Shown here one piece after another: positions 9,623-20,307 of a stretch of DNA of 64,000 nt. Each line of letters opens with the position of its first letter. Within the stretch, counting starts at the first letter, position 1. The stretch covers positions 260,462,001-260,526,000 of the forward strand of contig OZ024742.1 of the NCBI GenBank assembly GCA_964016885.1. Reading direction: 5' to 3'. A program made the position numbers and the translations under genes. This DNA is from Eledone cirrhosa (taxonomy: Eukaryota). The notes below the pieces were generated by a model. That model searched no databases. It saw only the letters and a program-made list of their open reading frames with translations, and was not told the DNA's origin.

Positions 9623-10339
9623 GTTTCCCTGGTCGCAGTTAGTAGCGATGTGGCCTGGTCGCTTACACCGGTAGCAGATTATATCCGGCTTCGACTCTCT
9701 ACAGTCTCTAGCCATATGCGGGCCCTGACACCTAAAACAGCGGCCCTTAAATTCTCGCGAACGGCCGCGTGCCGAGGTTGCCTCCCTTTGACCATTTCGC
9801 TGCCAGGTGTCCTGAGCCTCCGTAGTCGCTATCGCCGCGACACTCTTTTTGGCATCTTCCGCTATGATCCGGGCTTGTTCCACCAGTGAACGCATTTCCA
9901 TCTCCTTGTACCCCGGGACTTGCTGCAGTTTCACCGCTATGTCGTCCGGAAATCCATTGATGAATGCCAACCGCACCGTGCGTTCGTATTCTGCCTGGTA
10001 TCCCGCCAACATAGCCAACCGCCTTATTTCCGCTGCGAAAATGTCGACGCGCTCACCATTCCACCTGATTCTCGCCAGCTTAGCAAAAGCCGCCAACGGT
10101 CCCTCGGCGAATGCATCCATCAGACGCCTCTCGATCTTCTGCACATTTCTTTGGCTGTGCTCGTCCAACTCAAGGAAGAGTACCAACGCGTCGCCCTCGA
10201 GGTACAATGCAATGAGACCGGCCACGTCTTCTATCTTCTGCAAGCCCGCGACCAGCCGAACCTTCCGCAGCCAAGCGACAACATCACCTTCCCCGGTGAA
10301 TGGCCTGATAGCTTCGTTCATCCGTAGTCTTGTCGCCAT
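9578..10339 (-). CDS. gag: Gag with two zinc knuckles
   Basis: 253-aa ORF with IRPFTGEGDVVAWL N-terminus and CFRCQGPHMARDC and CYRCKRPGHIATNC knuckles. Confidence 0.92.
   Translation of the reverse strand: MATRLRMNEAIRPFTGEGDVVAWLRKVRLVAGLQKIEDVAGLIALYLEGDALVLFLELDEHSQRNVQKIERRLMDAFAEGPLAAFAKLARIRWNGERVDIFAAEIRRLAMLAGYQAEYERTVRLAFINGFPDDIAVKLQQVPGYKEMEMRSLVEQARIIAEDAKKSVAAIATTEAQDTWQRNGQREATSARGRSREFKGRCFRCQGPHMARDCRESKPDIICYRCKRPGHIATNCDQGNGPRGTTAPVVAPYE
9585..9629 (-). promoter_or_regulatory. -1 programmed ribosomal frameshift signal
   Basis: In-frame G_GGA_AAC heptamer (9623-9629), 5-nt spacer, then stem-loop AAGGGG-AACUACU/GGUAGUU-G-CCCCUU. Confidence 0.85.
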
Positions 10340-10399
10340 CTTCTGATTTGTTTTGCGGCAAGTGTTTTCTTTTTTTTTTTTTCAGTCGCCGAAATAGCT

Positions 10400-10622
10400 T
10401 GTGGTTAGAAAAAGCTATCTCACTTACCGCTTTTCACAGGCGCCGCTAAATTCCACTGCAGGTACTCCTCTTCCACGTGCGTCCGACTGCTTAAAACCGG
10501 GAGCTGCCCAAAACGCGTCCTCGCCGTATGCTGGTCACCACTAGAGAGAGGCCCTCTCCTGGCCCTTCCGGTCGAGCACCCCCCCCCCCCCCCCGGCCAC
10601 CGCACGCCACACCATACCCACA
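10400..10622 (-). repeat. 5' LTR
   Basis: Matches 6515-6795; starts TGTGGG and ends ACCACA on the minus strand. Confidence 0.9.
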
Positions 10623-10949
10623 CATTCTTCTAGGAGAAAGCAACTACTCAGGAAACTGGGATAACTCCGATATGAAACCTGCGGCTCAGTAGTTACCGAT
10701 GATGTTGATCTTTTCTTCTTTTCAGGTTATAGCTACTGTCACTCACAGAGTGGGATTGGCTCAGTGCATAGTCTTTCCTCACTTTAAAAAAATATCTTCA
10801 CGCACAGGCATTGCACGATAAAATTAATTAATAATTATTAATAATTGTATATGTGCAATGGCCATACTCGATAACGGGGAGGCAGCATCATCATGTATGT
10901 ATGTATGTATGTATGTATGTATGCATGTATGTATGTATGTATGTATGTA

Positions 10950-11910
10950 GTTCAAGGAGACAACAAACATGGAAAAGGGGAAAGAAAGTTCGAGGTGTCG
11001 GACTTCAGCCCGTCTTCAGGAGTACAAAATAGAGACAGGATCTCAAAGGAGAAACAGAAATAAAGGAGGTCCAGATAAAGAAGAAGAAAAAGGAAAATAA
11101 AGAGTGTAAACAAACCGTTAGGTAGTCTTGGTAACGAGTTGGAACGCAAAGTGAAGTGTGAGTGTATTAGTGTCGATATTATGTGTGAATGTGTGTGTAT
11201 GTTTAGACATGTGTTTTTTTAAGGTATATTGTGTAAAGTATCAAAGATGGTGTGTGTGTGTGCGTATATCCGTGTAGTATGTGGTAGTAGACTTGTATGT
11301 GGAAGTGAATGTAAGTTTGAATGTGTATACTGTATATGTGCGTTGGAGTTATTTTGTGTGTGTAAAGTATCTGGCTGTGTTAACGTATGTCCGTGAGATG
11401 TATGGATTTGTATGTGTGAGTGCATGATTAAATATTAACGTGTGTATGTATGTTGAAGTTTATATGGTGTAAAGTATCTAACTGTAATTTGTATGTATTA
11501 ACGAGTATGCGTCACGGGATAAAGGAAGTGTGTTTAGTGTGCGTTATAGACTAGTGACAGAGAAGACTAAAGGAAGATGGATGTCACATTAAGGTTAGAG
11601 GGAAGAAAGGTTTGTAAGGAAAAAATAAGTTGCTGTTCTCTACGCCAGCGCGAGTCAGAGGGCCCAGCACAATGTGCGAGCCCGAAGACACTGAGGTGGT
11701 GTGTGGAGTAGCCGGTGGATCGAAAATGTCGGGAGATCGGACTTGGGCTGCTGATTCGGATGTCCCGGAGGTGTTCAGCAAATTTGTCGGCCAGACGACG
11801 GCCAGTTTGACCAAGGTAGATGGCTCCGTACAGAGTGTAACGGAGCCCATAGTCAAAGGTGGTGGAGATGCAGCTGAAGGAGTCCCCTAACTCGGAAGGA
11901 CCGATCATTG
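10950..11910 (-). mobile_element. 5'-truncated Penelope-like element (GIY-YIG end plus 3' region)
   Basis: ORF 11567-11908 has IYLGQTGRRLADKFAEHLRDI...PISRHF...RREQQLIFSLQTFLPSNLN. Degenerate hammerhead CUGAAGA-c-GGGC ugaa GUCC-GACA at 10987-11024. Confidence 0.85.
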
Positions 11911-11926
11911 AGACGGAAAAGGGTGG

Positions 11927-11996
<70 letters not shown>

Positions 11997-12177
11997 TCAG
12001 TAGAAGTTGTTTTGGTAAAAACATGAGTAAACAGGAGAAAGCTCTCTACACTCGTAACTTATGCATTTGTTGTTGTTCTGGGAATGGTATCTGCTGACGA
12101 AAATCCTATAGGGAACCGTTGAAATAATTATTATGAATAACGATTTATGTAACCACAGCATTTTTCTTACTGTGATT

Positions 12178-12217
<40 letters not shown>

Positions 12218-12330
12218 CACACACATACGCACGCGCGTGCGCACATGCACACAGCCAAATGCATAACCTTGCATATCATGCAATACAGCAATTATGGTGA
12301 AATAACCCCCCGTCTTAACTACTCTTATTT

Positions 12331-12455
<125 letters not shown>

Positions 12456-12469
12456 CACCTTACACACTT

Positions 12470-12960
12470 ACACCTCTGTAAGACAATGGCACTGGACCGA
12501 TATCTTTGGCGCTACGCAGTAATACAGAAAACCCGCCTTGCCTAAGTACAAAGCGAAACCTACAGTCAGTAGGCACCTCTTAATCAAATATACCCCCCCC
12601 CCTCCTACTACCCCGACTACCCCACCCCACCCCATCAACACCATCCTTTCTCTGTAAAGTTATGTTGGTACCACAACATCCAGTCCTAAATAAATGAGGT
12701 TGTGTAGGTGTCACGACTAAAAAACACACAGTCCACGCTGTAATGTGGTCGTGTAGGTAACACGGTGAAAATCTCCCAGTCCACACTGTAAATGTGGTTG
12801 GTGTTAGGAAGGGCATCCAGCAGTAGAAAACTTGCCAGATAGTCCTATACGAGCGAGACAACCAATCTTGCCTCAAGTGGGACAATTCCCGTCTAAACCC
12901 ATGGTAGCGTGGAAGATAGACGTTAAACAATGATGATGATGATGATGACGATGATGATGA
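12470..12960 (+). mobile_element. RTE LINE 3' end (ORF tail plus 3' UTR, (GAT)n tail)
   Basis: Homologous to 63310-63885. Confidence 0.85.
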
Positions 12961-13003
12961 TATATACACATGAATATATATACATATATATGGATACACA
13001 CAC

Positions 13004-13110
<107 letters not shown>

Positions 13111-13339
13111 TATATACATATATATGGATACACACACACACACATACACACACGCACACACATATATATATTTAAATATAATATATTTAAGGTGCTGAAA
13201 CAATCAAGCACCCTCATGGGCATCAGCTGACACCCTAGTAAGGCGAGCCGCCAGAAATTTGCGACAGCTCACTGCGAAAGTACGTGTATTCGATTACAGA
13301 CAGCCTGTGTGTCGATTGTTTTCCTATTCAGCTTGAGGT

Positions 13340-13780
13340 GGTACCAAGTTGCGCTGTAAGGCTGCTGCTCACGTCTCCAGAACATTTACCAACTTGGCTT
13401 CTGAAACCCCCAAGGTTATCCTCAAACTAGATCTCACGAATGCTTTCAGTTCCATCAGTCGGGATGTCATACTCTGTTCAGTAAATGAGAAGGGCCCGCA
13501 GCTTTACCACGTTGCTTGGCAAGACTATCGGGAGCCATCCTGCCTCACCTTCTGTGACAATTTCTTACTATCTGCCACAGGTTCCAACAAGGTGATCTGC
13601 TTGGACCTGTTCTTTTCACACTGACATTGATGACGTCACCAAATGAAAGTTGATTTAGATCTGAACGTCTGGTATCTGGATGATGCTTGTTTGGGGGTTC
13701 CTCCAGACAAGGTCCTTGTAACCACGACGACGATGATTGCGGAAGTGCGTCGTAGGAGCTCTGGCTCCTCAATCACCCAG
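13340..13780 (+). pseudogene. Degraded CRE-like non-LTR reverse transcriptase fragment
   Basis: ILKLDLTNAFSSISRD, frameshifted QQGD..GP and VWYLDD motifs; same RT type as 42698-45920. Confidence 0.75.
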
Positions 13781-14074
13781 CTTCATATCAGCAGAGTTTT
13801 TCTTCTTCATCACGGTTCATCTCTCATCAACCCAAGCCTTATTAGTGAAATTAGGTAGACGGAAACTGTAATTATAATTCCAAGAAACAGCTTCCTCACA
13901 GTGTTTCACAGAATCTCCCTGAGATTTACATTAAAGTCACATATGTCTGAAATACTCGACCACTTACATGTTAATTTCACAAGCAGGCTGTTTGGTTGAT
14001 CGAACAACTGGAACACTCGTCGTCGAAACCGACGGAGATCCATTTCATCCTCGTTCACACACACGTATATACAC

Positions 14075-15060
14075 AATGGAGAGCTTACAGCAGAAAGCTA
14101 ATTCCATACACCAGAGCAGAACAGTAACTATCGACTACCCTTTCAAACACCCTGACAATAGACTACCAGTTTTAGACACTAAATTCTGGTTAAACACTAT
14201 AAACGAGAAAACCCAAATTCTCCACTCCCATTATGCTAAACCCATGGCTTCCAAATACATTATACACAAAAATTCAGCGATGTCCAATAGTGCTAAATTT
14301 AATATTCTGATCTCAGACTTGGTAAGAGTGGTGAAGAATGTGTCCTGCATGTGTGATCCAACTGAACTAGAAAGACACATACACTTCATCAATCGTATGC
14401 AGTTCTCTGGTTACAACCAAAGAGACATAATCAGGGTGTACAAAGGAGCCACGGAGAAATATAAGACCCTCATAGAGATGGACATGAAAGGTATTTGCCC
14501 ATTGTACAGGAGGAAATTAGGGAATAGCATAGATAGGACTAAACATAAAATAGGGAAATCCACTTCATGGTACGACAACCAGAGATACCAGGGTGCCATA
14601 TGTTCGTGGATGCTTCCTCTGGAGGTGAATTAGCTAACCAATTTTGAAAGGCCCTAAGTAAGACGCATTTAAATATTAAAGTGATAGAAAAGCCAGGGAC
14701 TACCATAAAATCCCTGATCAGCAAAACTTACCCCTTTAAGAAAACCCACTGTACTAATAAGCGACTGAAATAAAACTAAGACAACCAAAGTTGAACAGAA
14801 AAAAATGAATGGAATAACAACAACAACAACCATACACAAACACACAATAGTGACCTAAGATAAATATAAATAAATATACACAGGTACAATAACAATAAAC
14901 ACACTAGTGAGCAAAGATAGAATACAAACACACACACGCAAACAGAGAAAAGGATAAATAAATAAATAAATAAATAATAGAATAGACATTACAATACAAC
15001 GGGAGGAAACGTAATAGTACCACTGATGATGCCACAGGTGTGTGATGAAAGAACTTTGAT

Positions 15061-15065
<5 letters not shown>
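14075..15065 (+). mobile_element. Penelope-like element fragment (RT C-terminus/thumb, linker, 3' region)
   Basis: TIDYPFKHPDNRLPVLD..W...HSHYAKPMAS..I...SA.....K..IL...L.R...N and MQFSGY, then frameshifted IKVIEKPGTTIKSLI; degenerate hammerhead at 15018-15061 just before (TA)n. Confidence 0.7.
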
Positions 15066-15100
<35 letters not shown>

Positions 15101-15258
15101 CCGTTGGTCAATCAATGATAAACATTGATTGCCAGCTAAATTAACTATAGGGATTTAAAATATACAGAAGCAAAAATCAATCCAAACCAAACAGTGAGTG
15201 TGTTTTATTATTATTTCTAGCAATATTACAACAATATGACCCTCCCCAAATATATATA

Positions 15259-15430
15259 TAGGAAAAGAGTCAGGACCCCGACGGCTGAGCTCCGGCCGTT
15301 TCAACAGCTAGATCCAACTCAGCCGTCGGCGTCCTGACTCTTTTCCTATTACCCACTCTACTTCCCTAAGTATTGAGTACTCTGGTGTGTTATGGTCCAC
15401 CTCGTATCTTACCACACCCTCTTTATTATA
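15259..15430. mobile_element. Short hairpin version of the 103-1008 fold-back family
   Basis: taggaaaagagtcaggaccccgacggctgag / ctcagccgtcggcgtcctgactcttttccta plus the same tail. Confidence 0.65.
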
Positions 15431-15553
15431 TAGGGGGGGGGGGGTATATTCCATCCCCCCTCACACACACACGCGTAAATATATAAATTTATATAAATAT
15501 ATATATATGATCATCATATATATTGTTATACTTGTGTGTATACAATAATACAT

Positions 15554-15634
<81 letters not shown>

Positions 15635-15638
<4 letters not shown>

Positions 15639-15681
15639 CTGATGATTTCTAAAGAATGAAACAGTTCTAGTCCTGTAGAAT
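15635..15681 (+). ncRNA. Hammerhead ribozyme, isolated copy of the 23.5-kb family (predicted)
   Basis: AUUC-CUGAUGA-U UUC uaaa GAA U-GAAA-CAG uucuaguc CUG-UA-GAAU, embedded directly in (TA)n. Confidence 0.65.
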
Positions 15682-15708
15682 CTCATCTATATTAATATAT
15701 ATATATAT

Positions 15709-15740
<32 letters not shown>

Positions 15741-15762
15741 TTTACGTCCGCTTTTCCCTGCT

Positions 15763-15839
<77 letters not shown>

Positions 15840-15846
15840 GTATATA

Positions 15847-15916
<70 letters not shown>

Positions 15917-16838
15917 AAGTTATTTTAATGTTTCAGGTGAGATATTCCAACTATTTGACTTATTTCTGTGGTTGTTGTTTGTTTACATACGCACTCACAC
16001 TCATACATATACAGATGTGTGTGTGTGTATATGTGTGTCCGTGTACATTAATTTTCCCTGCAACATTACTGACCCACCATCGTCACCAGGTGTGTCATCT
16101 AGTGTATTAGTTGCCTCATTCTCTTCCTCCCTCTCTCTCAATAATCTGTTTACCATTTTCCCCTCACCTGTCTCTCTAACAATGATCTATCTACCTTATT
16201 CCCCTTACCCTTCTCTCCCTTTAAGAATTATCTATCTACTTTGCTCTCTCACTTCTCTCTCTCTCCCCTTCGCTCTCTTACAATAATCTATCTACCTTAA
16301 CCCCCTTCCCTCTCTCTCTCGTTGTCTCTTTCTCTCAATAATCTATCTCCCTTCTCCGCCCCGCCACTGTTCCCACTTCACACATTTCATTCTCTGTCTA
16401 TCCAGGTGAACATATTGGAGTATTAACAAAGAGAGGAAGTAAGGCTTTTTTTTTTATTTATTTCTAAAAACATTTAATACTATTTCACTTGTTGCTATCT
16501 TGTGTTTGTGGAAGCTTTCAAAGTTAATAATAATAGTATTTAATTCTGATATGGATTGATTTTTCTTTCTAATCTGAGGTACACCTAATTACCTGAGGTA
16601 GATTTTCTTTTTTAACTTTAATTAGATATGTCTTGGTTGGCGTTAACATTTTTTGCCGTTATACATATATATATATATAAATGTTTGTCCCAGGATGATG
16701 TTGTTTTCGAAATGCGCATAATAAAATATATGGGACTTTTTTAACCATCTTTTAACTTCTTCTTTAATATATACTCCAGTTCTACCAACTGTTGAGTGCT
16801 ACTTATCTGATATATATGCATAGTTTTATTGCTCACCT

Positions 16839-16889
<51 letters not shown>

Positions 16890-17453
16890 CAAAGAGATAT
16901 TTAATTTGTTGGTTATTCAACAAATTTATTTATAACAGATAAGCAAAGAGATATAAATATATGGGGTGGGCGGTTGGTCATAGTGGACGTTGTTTTAATT
17001 TGTGATTTCAAATGAAAAATATTATCAAGTAAAAAAAATTTGTTTCAGTCATTAGACTTCGGGCATACTGTGGTACTGCCTATATATATATAATTGTTTT
17101 TACTTTTGGCACAAGGCCAGCCATTATGCCAGTGTATTACTGGTATATATATAATAAACACCAACACCATGACTACCTGGCCATTGGGTATCTTTATTAA
17201 GTGAGTCATCTGTAGTGCCAGTTATTTCCCCAACTGTCTCGGAGGCTATGAAAGCTTCTTGAATAAATACTGCCTATATTTCACTAACGAAACTACATTT
17301 CGGTGTTACTTTTGACTGTAACAAACTGAAACATTTTTTTTTAGTAAGTTCTCAATTTACATTTTCCTTACTTCATCTGTCCCTTAAAGTTGACCTGTTG
17401 CGTTTAGAATTCAAGCCATTTTCCCCCGTTAAAATTTGTTTTTATTTTGTGAG

Positions 17454-17484
<31 letters not shown>

Positions 17485-17541
17485 AGGTCTGCGCTTCTGA
17501 GATCGGAAAGACCACTAATCATGGGAGTACTCAATGCATGA

Positions 17542-17726
17542 TAACATGCAGAGTGGGTATAGAAATATGTAAAATCCCGACCACAAGCCTTTTTCAAAGG
17601 TGTAGTCTACACCCTTGAAAAAGTCTCTCTCTCTCTCTCTCTAGAGAGAGAGAGAGGTGTAGACTACACCGTGGAAAAGGCTTGTGGTCGGGATTTTACA
17701 TATTTCTATATCCACTCTGCATGTTA
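17542..17726. repeat. Inverted repeat (~72-bp arms) with (CT)n/(AG)n spacer
   Basis: taacatgcagagtggg...gtctacacc versus ggtgtagac...ctctgcatgtta. Confidence 0.8.
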
Positions 17727-17968
17727 CCTATATACTCTGCTATGTATTGAGTACCTTACTGTGGTCACCCCCGTTTGAACCCAGGATAAACATATATATA
17801 TATATATATACTCTCTGCTATGTATTGAGTACCTTACTGTGGTTACCCCCGTTTGAACCCCGGATAAATATACATATATATATATATATATATATAAGTA
17901 TTGAAGTTTCCGTTGAAAAAGTCATAGGAGTGAAGAGTGCTCTATGTAAGTTACAGAGCTAAATTTAA

Positions 17969-18105
17969 TGTATAATAAACAATAAAATATAATTACCTCA
18001 TTACCAGAGGTTTCCCGAATAAGACGAATGCGGGCGTTTCCTGTATTCGTTATATTCGGGAAACTTCTGGTAATGAGGTAATTATATTGTATTGTTTATT
18101 ATACA
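17969..18105. repeat. Hairpin palindrome (~62-bp arms)
   Basis: tgtataataaacaataaaatataattacctcattaccagag... versus ...ctggtaatgaggtaattatattgtattgtttattataca. Confidence 0.8.
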
Positions 18106-18239
18106 TTATATATATATATATATATATATATAGTCACTTATATATTATGAAATACTGTGTGCTTCTTGCTCATAATAATTTCTATACTTTTCATTTATAT
18201 ATATATATATATAACCTCGCAAAACTAATTCATCGCCGT

Positions 18240-18275
<36 letters not shown>

Positions 18276-18553
18276 TTTATATATAAACGTGTACGTAGGT
18301 GTACACACACATACACAATAACGGTTTCTTTTTTATTATCTGTAATGATATACTTTTCAAGTAATACTATACACAAACGTTTTAAAAATACAAATTCGTT
18401 CAAGTGTATATTTGATGCTTGAATGAGTTAGTATTCTGTGCCTGATGTATGTATATATATATATATATATACAATGTGGTTTACCTTTTGTGGTAGGGTC
18501 TATACCATAGTTAGAGCTCATTGTAATCCGTTAGCAAAGCGCGCGCACGCACG

Positions 18554-18615
<62 letters not shown>

Positions 18616-18882
18616 TGTGTGTGTGTAAACGTAATAAAACAAACGGCACAGGACATAGAAGAAATATATTAGTTTAACTCTTGAAATAGCAGAACGTTTC
18701 GAACACTAGTCCTGCATCAGAAGGCAGAGTTAGGAATAGAAGATAAATAGAAAGTAAAGAGTGATGAGAGGAAGGAACGTGGAAAATGAAGAAAAAAATT
18801 GGAGAAAAAACACGTGCATAGTGAGTCGGCCATCTAAAAACGGAGTTAAAGACTCACATTAATCCCCTATAATTATACGGAA

Positions 18883-19705
18883 CTAGCTGAGTGACGCGAA
18901 GTTGCCCTGGTTACTGTTGTTTTTGTTCAGATGAGGAAACAATAAATATGAAGATATATTTTTTTTCTCATAATTCTTTCAAAATATCTATATTTTATTT
19001 TTAAAAATATAACAAAATTATGATGATAATAGAATTTAGAAATGAAAATCTGTCAATCTTGAAGCACCTCAGGGTAAACAATATTCATTGTGTCATTTTT
19101 GTTGGTGTCCAAATGAATAAATTGTTGCTGCTTCCAACTTGTGAGCAAGCAACATAGAGTTGACCGTGGGAGAAATATGTAGTACAGAGATCAAGTCCAA
19201 CTACATTGAGGGATTGACCCTGAGATTTGTTAATTGAAATAACAAAACTTAGTTTGACTGGAAACTGAAGCCTCTTAAATTCAAATGGAACATCTGTAGG
19301 TATGAGAGGAATTTTTAGAATAAAGACATTTTTTTTTTCAATATTGTAAACAAATAAGTAACAACATCCAAAAGATTTACATAAAGATGTGTGTATGTAA
19401 TTTACTAAGGCCTAACCGTACGTAACAAACGCACAAACACACACACAATCAGTCACATACAGACTCGTATACAAAATGTGACATCGTTGTTGTGTTATAA
19501 AATGTCCGTTTACTTGTAGTTGACTATTGTAGAATATTTTAGGTAAAATGTTATATTGTTTTAATCCAAATGGAAATAAAAATTACATGTTAATCCTGGG
19601 ATCTAATACTATTACCTTGTAAAATTTGATTTGATTTGGTCAAGCCATTTGAGAAGGCATAAGGGAAAGACAGACGGGAGACAAATAATTTTATATATAG
19701 AGAGA
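18883..19705 (-). mobile_element. Non-autonomous Helitron with PIF1-helicase C-terminal remnant
   Basis: Minus strand A|TCTCTCTATATATAAAA start and CTAG|T end. ~19060-19330 translates to IPLIPTDVPFEFKRLQFPVKLSFVISINKSQGQSL..VGLDL....FSHGQLYVACS.V...NIVYPEVL. Confidence 0.9.
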
Positions 19706-20307
19706 TTAATGAGTCTTTAACTCCGATTTTTTAATTTGATATATTGGCTCCAAATTTATTTGTAGAGCTTAAGTTAAATGATCTTAGCTGCTGTTTTTAG
19801 CGCTCTTTTGGTCTAGTCACACTACCATGGGTTATAAAGCGCACGTCTTTTCTCTATACCATGCGTTTTTTCTTAGTTATCTGATATATTTTTAGAAGTG
19901 TAGATCCTATTGTTAGACACCCACCGATGAGCCATCTACAATATGTATTATTCACTGTTTGTAGCGAAACAATTTCAGCATGCCCAGGTGTTATAGTTAT
20001 TATTATATGTATAGTACACTTTAATTTATTCTTTTAATTGATTTGTATTCACCTTTCCTTTCGTAGACAATATGTTCATCACTCTGATGATATATATGTG
20101 TGCGTGTGTGTGTTCAAAACTAGGGGTGCAAAGGACAAAGAAATGGAAAAAATAACGGAAAGCCAGACAGTCCCATCTCCTAAGTCAATCTCTTGAAATC
20201 ACTACGGTTTTGGTGATTTTAAGGTTGATACCATTCATTCTAGTGCAAATTGGGACATAACAAAACAGGTAGAGACAAGTTAATCTTTAGGCAAATGACT
20301 CAAATAT

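Larger units (their letters stand above)
6515..10622 (-). mobile_element. Ty3/Gypsy-type LTR retrotransposon, near complete
   Basis: LTRs at 10400-10622 (5') and 6515-6795 (3') with TG...CA ends; 5-bp TSD CATTC at 6510-6514 and 10623-10627; purine-rich tract before the 3' LTR; order gag-PR-RT-RH-IN. Confidence 0.95.

Noticed and set aside
7036-10346. Overlapping + strand and alternate-frame ORFs within the LTR element
   Set aside because: Antisense shadows of GC-rich gag/pol with no recognisable motifs.
12093-12140. CUGACGA...GAAA-UAAUUA-UU hammerhead-like motif
   Set aside because: No stem I pairing and poor stem II base; at best a decayed copy.
16406-16438. Possible 33-nt 5' UTR exon (tatccag|...|gtaagg)
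   Set aside because: Splice-like signals only; not supportable without transcript data.
18688-18725. Minus-strand CUGAUGC-a-GGAC uagu GUUC-GAAACGUU
   Set aside because: A9 is substituted and there is no stem I; not called as a ribozyme.
19920-20130. Two hammerhead-like motifs (CCGAUGA...GAAAC and CUGAUGA...AAAACUAG)
   Set aside because: Core substitutions and weak stems.
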